From Chiloscyllium plagiosum (Eukaryota): DNA of 64,000 bases. The stretch lies in the NCBI RefSeq assembly GCF_004010195.1, contig NC_057750.1:19198229-19262228 (forward strand), read 5' to 3'. Position numbers and translations under genes: made by a program. Position 1 is the stretch's first letter; each line of letters opens with the position of its first letter. Below the pieces are notes generated by a model that saw only the letters and a list, made by a program, of their open reading frames with translations, had not been told where the DNA came from and did not search any database. Below, piece after piece: positions 50,434 to 63,198 of the stretch.

Positions 50434-51383
50434 ATCATGAATTAATTAACTAGCCCCTTGCTGTATTTTCACTGTCCCTCTGTTTATAAACTGATATTAA
50501 GTAAGAAGGTATCAAACTGGTTAGGATCAAGGGCAAGGAATCATACCAAATTTCTCTTAATGATTTTTATAGGCATCATAAAGTATATATCTTTCAGTAA
50601 TATAAATGTCAGAAGATTTATATTATTGAAGGTGCTCAAAGGACCTGAATAATTTTAAACTTTAATAATTTTGGATGCATACATTTTCATCCTATTATTC
50701 ACTGAATTCTGATGTGTTGCATTTTCCTCTAATACTTGTACTTTTTTCTCCCATTTTTTGAGACTACTGCTCTACTCCCTGTAACAGACACCATTCACCT
50801 TTCTAGCTACTGTCAATGGTTTCAATCCGAAAAACATGCACACAGCAATCACAACATTAATGTTGAAAAATATCATGATTAATGTATTCAAATGTCCATC
50901 AAATGTGCATCCAAGGATAATAAAGGTAAAATGTGTGGTGATTCTGAACATAAATAAAGACTGAGGAAGTTGACTACAAGGATAAATGAAAAAGATGAGT
51001 GTTTTACACTGAGGGGTTAAAGCTTGAAATATTTTACCATTAGAGGATTATTGAGGGAGAGATTGTAAGATCATCTGAAAAGGAATTGGAAAGGGATTTG
51101 AAGGGGAAGATTTTAAAAGAATATTGGGAAAAAAAATTGGGATATGGATTGGAGTAAAGTTCTCGTTGAAAAATTAGTACATTCATGATGAGCCACATAG
51201 ATTTCTTCCATACTATAATTTCCCACGATTAAAAAGGCAGTTTAAAAATATTTGATCGTCATGACTCGTCCAGTACGTCATTGTTTAAGCTTGTCAATTT
51301 CCCTAGGTTATTGAGTCTGTTATAATCTGGTGCTGTGTCTCCTCATTGTGAAAAAATAAGTAAGACATGTTTTACAACCTTAC

Positions 51384-51426
51384 CATATTTCTTCAGGTAT
51401 CCTTGATGAATCCCTCGAGAACACAT
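51384..51426 (-). CDS. Evectin/PLEKHB-like PH-domain protein, coding exon 1 (MCSRGIHQGYLKKY+G)
   Basis: agaATG with an in-frame upstream stop; ends TAT G|gtaagg (phase 1). Supplies the PH beta-1 strand (HQGYLKKY) that joins exon 2 in frame. Confidence 0.8.
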
Positions 51427-51439
51427 TCTAACGCATTGC

Positions 51440-51700
51440 TGTCACCAGCTCTGTGATCCTCCAGCCAGTACTGACAGATTCTGCCAATTCCAGGCAAGTG
51501 CAGTGGGGGTGGGAGCAATTTGTCCTGATGTCATAATCAGATGTACCCAATTGGAACAGTAAAGAAGGATTTTTAGTGACATTGCTGATGCACAGGCCCT
51601 GGTAGAAGAGAACAACAGAGGATGAGAGAGCTTGTTTCTCTCAGCGCCTTACATAAACACCAATCAAGGAATCAAGCACCAATCAAGTATTAAGCATCAT
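51440..51700 (-). promoter_or_regulatory. Candidate 5' UTR/promoter region of the PH gene
   Basis: Non-repetitive DNA upstream of the ATG with a GT-box (gggggtggg), tgatgtca and a duplicated caccaatcaag (CCAAT) motif. The transcription start cannot be determined from sequence. Confidence 0.3.
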
Positions 51701-52439
51701 TGATAGTTTGCTAAAATAAAAGCACAGGGAATTCTCATCATGTCAAAAAGCATCTTGGAGAGAGATACCGAGTCGAATTTTCATTTTAGAGGTGGGGGGG
51801 GGGAAGGGGGGGGCTCAGGTTGGGAAATATCCCAGCTCGATGCTTCATTTCCCCGTGAGAGATAGTGACCTGATGGCCCATGTTCATTCCAGGAGGGCAG
51901 TGGCAGGATAGCACCACCTCCAGATACAAACTGAAGGCACCTGAAGGCTGTTACCTGCCAAAGTGATCTGTTTAAGATGCTTACCTTCACCAGCACTCCT
52001 CATCTCAACACCAACTACCCATTGTCTATCCATGCTAACTCATGTCTCCACCCAGCCCAATATACCTCTGTGCCCCTCAATGATGGGCCCTTATCCTTTC
52101 CATACCAATCCATGCCCCTCTACCCACTACCTGATGTCATTATACCCTTGACAACTTACCTGCTATCCAACAGAAGCAGACCTCGGGAGCCGTGCTGAAA
52201 GAAAAAAAGTTCTATTACAAAATCCTTCTGCTCTCACTGTAAAAGTATGCGCCTTAGTCTTAATATCCCCCACCCTAGAAAAGACATCAGACATTCATAA
52301 CACATTTATAAAAACATTCTGAAAACACACACAAAAGCACATTCAATACACTTAAGTATGTAATCTTTCACAAAAAACAAACATCAGTATTCATAACCCG
52401 CATCAAAGACAGTTCATTTTTTGGAAGTCTGCTGGAGGT

Positions 52440-52955
52440 AGACCACCAATCAACCACACCTCCCTGTGGCCCAACACCAATCAACCACACTGCCTATGGC
52501 CCAACATTTCAACTTCCCCTCCCACTCTGCTGAGGACATGGAGGTCCTGGGCCTCCTTCACCGCCGCTCCCTCACCACCAGGCGCCTGGAGGAAGAACGC
52601 CTCATCTTCCGCCTCGGAACACTTCAACCCCAGGGCATCAATGTGGACTTCAACAGTTTCCTCATTTCCCCTTCCCCACCTCACCCCAGTTCCAAACTTC
52701 CAGCTTAGCACTGTTCCCATGACTTGTCCCACCTGCCTATCTTCATTTCCAACTATCACCTTCATCCCCTCCCGCACTCACCTATTGTACTCTATGCTAC
52801 TTTCTCCCCATCCCCACCCTTCTCTCACTTATCTCTCCACCCTTCAGGCTCTCTGCCTGTATTCCTGATGAAGGGCTTTTGCCCGAAACGTTGATTTTAC
52901 TGCTCCTCGGATGCTACCTGAACTGCTGTGCTTTTCCAGCACCACTCTAATCTAG
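52440..52955 (+). mobile_element. Penelope-like element 3' part: GIY-YIG endonuclease C-terminus, 3' UTR and terminal repeat
   Basis: AQHFNFPSHSAEDMEVLGL...RRLEEERLIFRLGTLQPQGINVDF is typical of the end of a Penelope endonuclease. Confidence 0.85.
52865..52892 (+). ncRNA. Minimal hammerhead ribozyme motif (Penelope family A)
   Basis: CUGAUGA-A-GGGC-uuuu-GCCC-GAAAC-GUU with a palindromic AACGUU stem III. Confidence 0.6.
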
Positions 52956-53309
52956 CCTCTACTGGAGGTGCCAGTCAAATTATTAACTTGGAGTCTCTCT
53001 CTCTACTGTGGTTTTGGTGAGACTAAGTGGTTTGATAATCAGGAGTTGTGTGGATGAAGAATCAAGGAGGATGGTTACCATGGAGTATACAAGGATGTTG
53101 TGCAGAAGGAACAGTTGCATAATTATAAGGCCAAGCATTCAGCAAGGTGCTGGTTGGTTGGCAACAAATGCCTGGGTGTATAGATTAATTGTTGTTACAT
53201 CTGCATGATTGCAGTGACATCAGCATGAGAGAATTGGTTCTTCATCCTCCAAAAGAGACATCAAATGAAGTGAACATACTCTGAAGTTAAATAAATGCAT
53301 ATACTTGAC

Positions 53310-53594
53310 TTCCTACAGTGTGGAAACAAGTCCTTCTACCCAACAAGTCCACATCAACCCTCTGAAGAGTAACCCGCCCAGACCCAATTATCTCTGACTA
53401 GCACAATGGGCAACTTAGTGTGGCCAATTCACATGATCTGCACATCTTTGGACTGTGGGAGGAAACTGGACCAAACCCATGCAGACACGGGGAGAATGTG
53501 CAAACTCCACACAGACAGTCGCCTGAGGCTGGAATTGAACCAGGGTCCCTGGTACTGTGAGGCAGCAGTGCTACCCACTGAGCCACCATGCCCC
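53310..53594 (-). mobile_element. HE1/V-SINE
   Basis: Matches the other HE1 copies. Confidence 0.85.
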
Positions 53595-54065
53595 CAAATG
53601 ACCCAGGAGTTTGGTACTTCCTGGCAATGTTAATTAATGTTTTATTGGCACTATGCAGGCATCTTTACGATGCAATTAGATGATTATTTTGGAGGCTGAG
53701 AGCAGTGAATTTGAAAACATTGTAATGAATGAAAGTTAATATTGGCAACTAGGCTTCAGAGACTTCTAAGTAAATTGGATTGGAAATCAGGCAGAAAAGA
53801 TCAAGTCAATTTCAATCAGTAATTTTATTTGAAAAATGTTAATGTAGTCCAGGTAGGGTTTCAAAAGTTGCATTGGTTTCAAAAATTGAAATGGAGGAAT
53901 TGTGAAGAACAGTGTGGCTGGGCACCTAATGGAGCCAGGTTTGAAATGTTACAGTACAACTGTGAAAAAGCCTAAGATGGAAGATACTCTCTGAGTGAAC
54001 AGCATTGAAAACATTAAAAATGGAACATTATGTTTTGAAATTTCCATCACAGGGAGATGCAAAGA

Positions 54066-55132
54066 AAGAAGGCATTTGGTATGCTTTCCTTTATTGGTCA
54101 GAGTATTGAGTACAGGAGTTGGGAGGTCATGTTGCGGCTGTACAGGACATTGGTTAGGCCACTTTTGGAACATCATGTGCAATTCTGGTCTCCCTGCTAG
54201 AGGAAGGATGTTGTGAAATTGGAAAATGTTCAGAAAAGACTTACGGGAAAGTTGCCAGGGTTGGAGGATTTGAGCTATAGGGAGAGGCTGAACAGGCTAG
54301 GGCTGTTTTCCCAGGAGTGTCAGAGGCTGAGGGGTGTCCTTATAGAGGTTTATAAAATCATGAGGGGGTATGGATAGGGTAAATAGACAAGGACTTTTCC
54401 CTGGGGTGGGGGAGTGCAGAACTAGAGGGCATAGGTTTCGGGTGAGAAGGGAAAGATATAAAAGAGACCTAAGCGGCAACTTTTTCATGCAGAGGGTGGT
54501 ACGTGTATGGAATGAGCAGCCAGAGGAAATGATGGATCCTGGTACAGTTACAACATTTAAAAGGCATCTGGAGGGGTACATGAATAGGAAGGATTTAGAG
54601 GGATATAGGCCGGATGCTGGCAGGTGGGACCAGATTGGGTTGGGGTATCTGGTCCACATGAACAAGTTGGACCGAAAGCGTCTGTTTCCGTGCTGTACAT
54701 ATCTATGACTCCAAGTGAAATTTGTTTTTAGTACATCCATGTGATGGGTTCTTGAGGCAGGAGGGTTTCTAGTTTTTATTTGGGAAGGTGAGAGAAATGT
54801 TGTTAGTACAGTCTAAAGGATGTCTGAAACCTACAGAACCTACAACGTTCCTGATGACTGTACGTCCCAGAACCAGGGTCACAGTAAATGTCTTCACTCA
54901 GAAAGTGGTAAATTCTCTGTCGAATTCTCTACCACAGAAGATGGCTGAAACCAAAATATTGAATGCTTTGAAGGTGTTAGATCTAATTCTTGGGCTAAAA
55001 GGATCAAAGGGTCTGGGGAGAAAGAAGGAGCAGGGTACTGAGCAAAATGACCAGCCGTGATCATATTGAATGGTGGAGCAGGCTGGAAGGGCCAAATAGG
55101 CTACAACTGTTTTTATTTTCAATGTTTCTATG
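54066..55132 (+). mobile_element. CR1 3' fragments (54066-54712 and about 54890-55132)
   Basis: DRVNRQGLFPGVGECRTRGHRFRVR...FKRHLEGYMN plus CR1 tails. Confidence 0.85.
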
Positions 55133-56800
55133 ACCTAACAGGGCAATAAAACAGGTGAGGCATGCTTGAATTAAGGACTGTTTGGGTGGGGACTAGTTGT
55201 ATAAATATGGCAAGTTAATAATCAATGCAGTGAGAGTTTAACAGTGTGTAGTTAACGAAAATAAACCTCTCACTAAAAGTGTGGATGGGGATTTTGTTAA
55301 AAGCTGTTATTTTCTCATGTATAACATCAGGAAGATGTGTTCAAATCCTACCATGACAACGGGTAGAATTTAATTTTAATTAATTAATAAATTAGTGTCG
55401 GTACTGATGACGATAAAGCTATTATCAATTTCCGTACAGTGAGCAAGACAGATCAAGATTGAAGTGTATACTTTGGTACACAGACATCATAAATAAAGGG
55501 TGCTATTCTAAAGAGTGTGCAGGAGCAGAGAGGTCTTGGCTGTATATATAAGAAAAAATAGAAGAGGCTGTTTAGGTGTCTGGAATTTGATGCTCAGTTT
55601 GGTGTTGGATACAGATACCCTCAACTTGTTTAAAGGAACCTGGATCTGCCCCAAACCTGATGCCTCACAAGATATTATCATGTATTTGAGATGTAATGCA
55701 ACTAGCAATTAAGTGAGACATAATAAACCTATTTACAGTTCAAGATTGAGTCTATCTGCTGCTGAAATATTTGCGTAGGCACCTTCCCCACATTGTTTCT
55801 AAAACCAGTGACACTAATATAACATGCTGGCAATTCAGAGCCATGATATTGTTATAACTTTGACTTGCAGTCCAATGTTAAAACATTTCTGGATATCACA
55901 TAGACAGCATTTTGGGGTGAGACAGACAGAGAACAGATGGCAAGAAAGTAAGAGAGAATGTTTGCCTATCCTTGGAATATGATTTTCTTGGGATTTGTTG
56001 GGGAATTGTCCTTGAAAAGAGACAAGGCGTGGAATTACAGCCACTTCACTAGTTTCTATAGAGCAAGGATAAAAACTGGAGAGGTTACTGCACATAAGGA
56101 GCTGCAAGGGGAAATTTGTGCACATTATGCAACCACATGGAATCCAGTTTTTTAAATTTTTGAACACCTGGCCAGCTTAAGCAGACAACCTGAAACTCAT
56201 AAGCTCGTGTTTGTAAAAACACAATTTATTCACCTTGTTTTCAGATATATTGGTAAGGGGTTTGATGAGAGCTAATACCTTTGCTGCTGAAGCAGCAAGA
56301 ACTTCTTCGGATCATAGAGTCATATAACACAGAAGAGGTCTTGCTTCCCAATGGGTCTGCACTGACCTAGCTATGGTTATCCCACTGTCCAGCACTTACC
56401 TTGAATGTTATGTCACTTCAACTGCTCATACATGTACTTTTTAAAAGGTTGAGAGGCTTCCTGCATCTACCAACCTCCCAGGCAATGCATTCCAGGATCC
56501 CACCATTCCTGGATGAAAACAATTTTCCAGAAATCCCCTCTAAACACCCTGCCCTTCACCATAAAATTATTCCTCTTTGAACAACTAAAGGAACAGCTGC
56601 TTCCTTTCCAACTTGTCCATGTCCCCCGTAATCTTACACATCTCACTCAGGTCCCCTCTCAGCCTTCTCTGCTCCAAAGACCTTCTTCAAACTCTTCTTC
56701 CAGCTCGACAACTAAAGATGCAAGTTCATTCCCTCACAGGTCAGTAACCGAACAATGGGCCAAGTTCAAAGAGCAAATATTTTGGGTAGAGTCAAGGTAT

Positions 56801-58306
56801 TGTGGGATCGTGTTCAAATAACGGCTGAAATCGGTGCGGTGAAAGTAGTCTCTTTATTCAGCAACCACAGTCGCACAAGTTTGAGGTAGCAATAGAATTC
56901 CGGAACACAGTTTTACAGCAGCATCGTATAACACAGTTCTTACATATATTAGAATTCTGTCACTATAGTGTTACATTGTTTTATCTACAGTACATAAAGG
57001 TTTGAGGGGCTTCTGTCCTGAGGCAGGAGGTGGGTTAAAAAATGTGCTAAGTGCTGGTTGCTACTTCTGATGGGGGAAAGAGTGTCCGGTCTACTTGCAC
57101 AATTAGGAGGTCACGGTGTGGAAGTGCCGGTGTTGGATTGGGGTAGACAAAGTTAAAAATCACACAACACCAGGTTATAGCCCAACAGGTTTATTTGGAA
57201 GCACTAGCTTTCAGAGCGCTGCTCCTTTGTCAGGTAGGTGGTGGGGTAGGATCACAGAACAGGAGGTCAGGCAACATCCAAGGAGCAGGAAAATCGACGT
57301 TTCGGGCAAAAGCCCATCATCAGGAATAAACTTTGGTTGCTAGCATATACAGTCCTCACTTTTGCCCAGGATCACAGAACACAGAATCTATAGCAAAAGA
57401 TCATCGTGTCATAATTAAGAGGTGTTAGTTCTTTTGTCTTTTGAGTTAGTAAATATTAGTAAAAATACTAGACCTCTATGCTCTAAATAAGTTAGAAATT
57501 GGACCTGTACTTAATAAAAGAATAGAGGATATTAAACGGATTACCTCAGCTGGGTTGTGAGATATGTTTACAATTTGCTGGTGTGAGTTTCATTCATTAA
57601 TGCAATTTAATATAGGGCCATACAGTCACAGGGATGTACAGCACAGAAACAGACCCTTCAGTCCAACTCATCCATGCTGACTAGATATCCTAAATTAACC
57701 TAGTCCCATTTGTTAGCACTTGGCCCATATCCCTCTGAACTCTTCTTATTCGTATACAGATGCCTTTTAAATGTTTAAGCACCGTTTTAAAAGGTATTCA
57801 ACAAGTGCATCCTAATTGGGGAAACTGTTTGGTGTTCTGTAATCTATTTTGTAATCTAATCAGGCCTTACCAACCATGAGAGATGGTTGGTAAGGCCTGA
57901 TTAATATTATAGTGTTTTGTGGAGACTTGATAGGGATGGCATTGTTTATGATACGAAAACTTATTCCGAGTTAAATAAGCCTAAACACTACTTGTAGCAA
58001 GGGCTGATTAGGATCGAAGGTGTGAAAAAGCAGTAATGGGTTTGAAAGGGTTGTTTTGATTAGAAAGAGTTGTTTTACTTTGGTCTATTTTATGATAGTA
58101 AAATGTACGACAGAACAACCGTTTTATGAATGAATGAATGAAACCGTATTATAGTAGGGAGTTATGAATGAAAAGGAATGCAGTGTTCGCTTGTGAGTGG
58201 GTTAGTAAAGGAGTTATGAATGAATAAACATAGACGGCTTGTGACTGGGAAATATAAAGTGCTTGTGAGTGATTTAGTGAAGGGACCTAACATATAATAT
58301 CTCACA
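56801..58306 (-). mobile_element. Long solo LTR-like insertion in a CR1, containing nested Penelope (57113-57410) and CR1-tail (57620-57778) insertions
   Basis: tgtgggat...atctcaca inverted termini with GTAT/GTCT flanks; the CR1 sequence resumes at 58307; AATAAA on the minus strand near 56855. Confidence 0.6.
57113..57410 (-). mobile_element. Penelope family B arm with a family A insertion (57262-57367)
   Basis: 14-bp TSD aggatcacagaaca at 57248-57261 and 57368-57381; minus-strand core CUGAUGA-U-GGGC-uuuu-GCCC-GAAACGUC at 57296-57323. Confidence 0.75.
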
Positions 58307-58476
58307 GTCTATTCCTGCTAACACAAAAAGTGGGACAAATTCAGAGAGCCCCAGGTGACAAAGGGGTTGGAATTAACACTAGAAACGAAGTGTGCTGACA
58401 ACATATGTAAGGTTAAAAATACAATAGAGTGGAGGCAATGGCTCGTTGTATTAGTGCTGGACTGTTAATTCAGAGA

Positions 58477-58581
58477 GTCGAGAGTAGAGTGGTGCTGGAA
58501 AAGTACAGCAGGTCAGGCAGCATCCAAGGAGCAGGAAAATCAATGTTTCGGGCAAAAGCCCTTCATCAGGAATGAGGCTAA
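58477..58581 (-). mobile_element. Penelope family A terminus inserted in a tRNA/L2-tail SINE
   Basis: Flanks tgttaattcagaga / tgttaatccagaga. Confidence 0.75.
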
Positions 58582-58958
58582 TGTTAATCCAGAGACGCAG
58601 GTAATGTTCTGGGGACCCAGGTTTGAATCCTAACATGGCAGATGGTGAAATCTGAAGTTTCAAAAATCTGGAGTCTAATGATGACCATGAAACTGTTGTT
58701 GATTGTCAGGGAAACCCATCTGGCCTGTAGGAAGGAAACTGCTGACATGTGACTCCAGACTCAACTCAATGTGGTTGACTTTTAACTGCCCTCTGGGCAA
58801 TTAGGAATGGACACAAATACGAGTTGGCAATGCCCTCATCCGGTGAACAAATCATAAAAAAAGAGAGAATCAACAGGAATACCAAAGGCTTGGGTGAGGG
58901 TGGGGGAGCTGCTACCTTTTATCATGCAAAGAGGATGCATGATAAAGGTAGCAGCTTT

Positions 58959-59257
58959 CATAGAATCCCTACAGGCCCTTCAGCCCACACCGACCATCCG
59001 AAGCATAACACACCCAGACCCACTCCCCTACATTTATCCCTGACAAAGACACCTAACCTACACACTCCTGAACACTATGGGCAACATAGCATGGCTAATT
59101 CACCTAACCTGCACGTCTTTGGGTTGTGGGAGGAAACCCATGCAGACACAGGGAGAATGTGCAAACTCCGCACAAACATTTGCCCAAGGCTGGAATCGAA
59201 CGCAGCCCCCCGGCACTCTGAGGCAGCAGTGCTAATCACTGAGCCACCATGTCACCC
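58959..59257 (-). mobile_element. HE1/V-SINE
   Basis: Matches the other HE1 copies. Confidence 0.8.
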
Positions 59258-60670
59258 ATCTTTCATTAAGGAAAGTCTCAAAGTCTTCAATCAGAATGAA
59301 AACAGTAAGGCAATGGTCTGAAATAGCAGTAGGATCAGTCAAATACTGAAAAGTGGATTTATAGTAGTTGGTAAGGAGCAACGTTTGACGTGAATACTTT
59401 GCAACTATCTAGATGCTGCCCAGAAAGGTTCAAAAGTCAAAAGGAAGATTGTGAATAAATTGCAATATGTAAATTGGAGTCGTAGTCAATAAATGGTGCA
59501 TTGTGCACACTTGTGGATGAAGACGTCATTAGAATGTGTTTACCCAAACTGCCTATTTATGAAGATTTGCAACCAACATTAGTGACTGAAACAGAGACCA
59601 TGTCAAAACTTAAATACAGTTTAGAAAGACAAGTAAAACCAAGGGAAGTTAAATGGAAACAGCGTGGGGAAGAAGGATTGGAACTAGTTGTACAGTGCAA
59701 TCACAAGACGGAAACAGGCCATCTTGATACTTACTTAAGCTGCAGCCCCATCCCACATAAAGTTAGCAAGGCACCACGACTGTTTTAGATGCATCCAGGG
59801 ATTTTGAAGGAATTAAGGGTAGAAGTCACAGAGGCACTAATCATAATATTTCAGTCCTCTTTGGACTTCAGCGATTTAGCAGAAGAATTGTCAGCATTAT
59901 GGCCTGTTTCTAGAAAGTTGTAAGGATACTGCCAGCAGTTACAGATCAGTCAATTTAACTTCAGCGGTGCGAAATGTTTAGAAAAATTATTTGGAATTAA
60001 GTCAGTAGTGACACGGAAGGTGAGTTTAGTTAGGAAGTGTCAACATGAATCTAAGGGAGAAATTGTGTGTAACTACCTTTCTGTAGTTTTTTGAAGAGGT
60101 GACAGAAATGGTTGATGAGGATAGTATTTTTGAAGCAGTATGCGTAGATTTCGAGAAGACATTTCACGCAGATGTGTGAGAAAAGTTGTAAGTCCGTGTA
60201 TCAAAGGGACAGTGGAAACATGGATAGCAAATTGACTGATTGATACGAAACAGAGATTAATGGGTCAATGGATATTTTTCAGATTGGAGGAAGGTTTGAG
60301 CGGATCCCAGGGATCTGTTTTTGGATCATATCGGATATTTAATAATGATCTGGACCTTGATGTGCATAAGAGCATAAGAGGTACAGTTAGTAAGTTTACA
60401 GATGACACCAAAATTGGAGGTGTGGTGGACAGCGAAGAGGGTTATCTCAGATTACAACAGGATCTGGACCAGATGGGCCAATGGGCTGAGAAGTGGCAGA
60501 TGGAGTTTAATTCAAATAAATGCGAGGTGCTGCATTTTGGGAAAGCAAATCTTAGCCGGACTTATACACTTAATGGTAAGGTCCTAGGGAGTGTTGATGA
60601 ACAAAGAGACCTTGGAGTGCAGGTTCATAGCTCCTTGAAAGTGGAGTCACAGGTAGATAGGATAGTGAAG

Positions 60671-60812
60671 NNNNNNNNNNNNNNNNNNNNNNNNNNNNNN
60701 NNNNNNNNNNNNNNNNNNNNNNNNNNNNNNNNNNNNNNNNNNNNNNNNNNNNNNNNNNNNNNNNNNNNNNNNNNNNNNNNNNNNNNNNNNNNNNNNNNNN
60801 NNNNNNNNNNNN
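60671..60812. other. Assembly gap
   Basis: Run of N. Confidence 1.
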
Positions 60813-61425
60813 AGCTGTCAGTAGATGTGGTGGAGGTTGGTACAATTGCAACATTTAAGAGGCATTTGGATGGGTATATGAATAGGAAGGGTTTGGAGGG
60901 ATATGGGCTGGGTGCTGGCAGGTGGGACTAGATTGGGTTGGGATATCTGGTCTGCATGGACGGGTTGGACCGAAGGGTCTGTTTCCATGTTCGCAGGTGA
61001 CAATATACTTGGAAGAATCATAAACTGTAAGGAGGAATGTGCAGAACTCCAAAAGGACATTGCCAAGATGGCAGAGGTGGCAGATGAGGTTAAATGCAGA
61101 GAAGTGTGATGTAATGTGCTTTTGTTGGAACATCATAAAAAGGCAGTATAAAATAGAGAGTACTGGAGCAGAGGGACTTGGATGTTTTTGTGTGAAGATC
61201 ATTGCAGGTGACAGGACAAATGGAAATTGCAATAACTATGACATAAAGTGCAAAGCTTTATTAATAGGGGAAGAGAGTACATGGGCAACGAGGTGATATT
61301 GAACTTGTGTAAGACACATCACACCTCAGCTAAAGTATTATGTGCAGTTGTGGTTGCCACACTATAGAAAGTAAGTAATTTACTGGAATGGATCCAGGTG
61401 TGAGAATTTTTAACTTTGTGGATAG

Positions 61426-61662
61426 TCAAAGAACTTCACAGAGACCAGCGTCATGTCACCAAGTCATCCTTTATTTACATGTGGAGAGTCATTGACACTG
61501 TGATCCAGCTCCCTCAGAACCAGCTCTCAGAGTGTCAGGATGTCTGACACTCCTGTTCTTATCTGTCAGCCAGGGCTCCCTGATTGACCCAGGTTAACAG
61601 CCCCAATCAGGGAACTTGTATTCTATGAGGATCACCTGGCTGACCTTGTTACACTCACTATA
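61426..61662 (-). mobile_element. Gypsy solo LTR
   Basis: Homologous to 17694-17895 and 29674-30223; flanks gatag/aatag. Confidence 0.7.
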
Positions 61663-62698
61663 AATAGACTGAAAAAGTTGGGACTGTTCTCCTCAGACAG
61701 AGGAAGGTGAAGTGGAGATCTATTTGAGATTTTCAAATTGTGAGCAGCCTGGACTGAGCTGATGTTAGGCTGGTCAAAAGAAAGAAGAATGAGAGGGCAT
61801 AGATTTAAAGTCTAACAAAGAAATAACTCTTTCAGTGAGGAGTTAGCTTATAGAATGAAAAACCCATAAATGTCATGGAGGCAGGTTCAAGTGAAGCATT
61901 CAGGAGGACATTGGATAGTTATTTGGATAGAAATGGTGTGCAAGGTTTTGTGAAAAAGGCAGGAAATTGGGACTGGATATTAGAGTTAGTGGAGGCCTCT
62001 TTCTGCTCTGTAACAATTATGATTCCGTGACATTTGATCCTCTGGCAAATGAGAAGAGGTGACTTCTAAATACCATTATCAAATCCAAGGCTTTAGCAGA
62101 ATCTTTGACTGAGAGATAGGCAGACCCCAGGATCCAGTCTATCAGTTGTAAACAGCAAACCCGGACACAGCTCCTTGCTCCCAGGGAAGGGAGGGGTATG
62201 GGAGCCTGGAAATAGTGTCGTTGACATTCTGAAGGCAGCCCGGGGACAGACAAAAGTTGATCACTGTTCCCACGTTGGAAACCAGCAAACAGTTTGAGGT
62301 CAGGTTTCCTAAAAATAGGATTAAGTTTCTATCCAGCTGTGCAGCCGGGATTTTGAAGACATCAACAAACTGCCTAGTAATGTTGCATGTTTAGTTTTGT
62401 CAGACTTGTAAGACTAGGGCTGAGGGAGTCAGGGTTTGGAGGAGGGGCTCAGTATTAAAGGATGCTGTGCTGGACAATGGCAATTAAAGCAAACCCCTTT
62501 GCAATACCCTTCACTGTCGTTCGGCAAAGTGAGCACATTTTATTCGAACCATTCCCCAAAAAAAATTCCCAAAGGCCCTGGAGGCATGGGCTGGAAGAGG
62601 GGAGGCAAGTTTGAATGAGAGGTAAAATGAATCAACCATTTGTAATTAACTATCAAAATGCAACAAAGAAATTGCTAATTTATTTCTTGTACAGTGCA

Positions 62699-63198
62699 NN
62701 NNNNNNNNNNNNNNNNNNNNNNNNNNNNNNNNNNNNNNNNNNNNNNNNNNNNNNNNNNNNNNNNNNNNNNNNNNNNNNNNNNNNNNNNNNNNNNNNNNNN
62801 NNNNNNNNNNNNNNNNNNNNNNNNNNNNNNNNNNNNNNNNNNNNNNNNNNNNNNNNNNNNNNNNNNNNNNNNNNNNNNNNNNNNNNNNNNNNNNNNNNNN
62901 NNNNNNNNNNNNNNNNNNNNNNNNNNNNNNNNNNNNNNNNNNNNNNNNNNNNNNNNNNNNNNNNNNNNNNNNNNNNNNNNNNNNNNNNNNNNNNNNNNNN
63001 NNNNNNNNNNNNNNNNNNNNNNNNNNNNNNNNNNNNNNNNNNNNNNNNNNNNNNNNNNNNNNNNNNNNNNNNNNNNNNNNNNNNNNNNNNNNNNNNNNNN
63101 NNNNNNNNNNNNNNNNNNNNNNNNNNNNNNNNNNNNNNNNNNNNNNNNNNNNNNNNNNNNNNNNNNNNNNNNNNNNNNNNNNNNNNNNNNNNNNNNNN
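62699..63198. other. Assembly gap
   Basis: Run of 500 N. Confidence 1.

Larger units (their letters stand above)
59780..62015 (+). mobile_element. Old CR1 RT region with a nested younger CR1 (about 60370-60990) and a Gypsy solo LTR
   Basis: SKFTDDTKIGGVVDSEEGYLRLQQDLD... and degraded flanking RT motifs. Confidence 0.8.

Noticed and set aside
55835..56167. 110-aa minus-strand ORF upstream of the PH gene
   Set aside because: No recognisable domain, no consistent splice chain, and the PH gene already has an ATG with an upstream in-frame stop.
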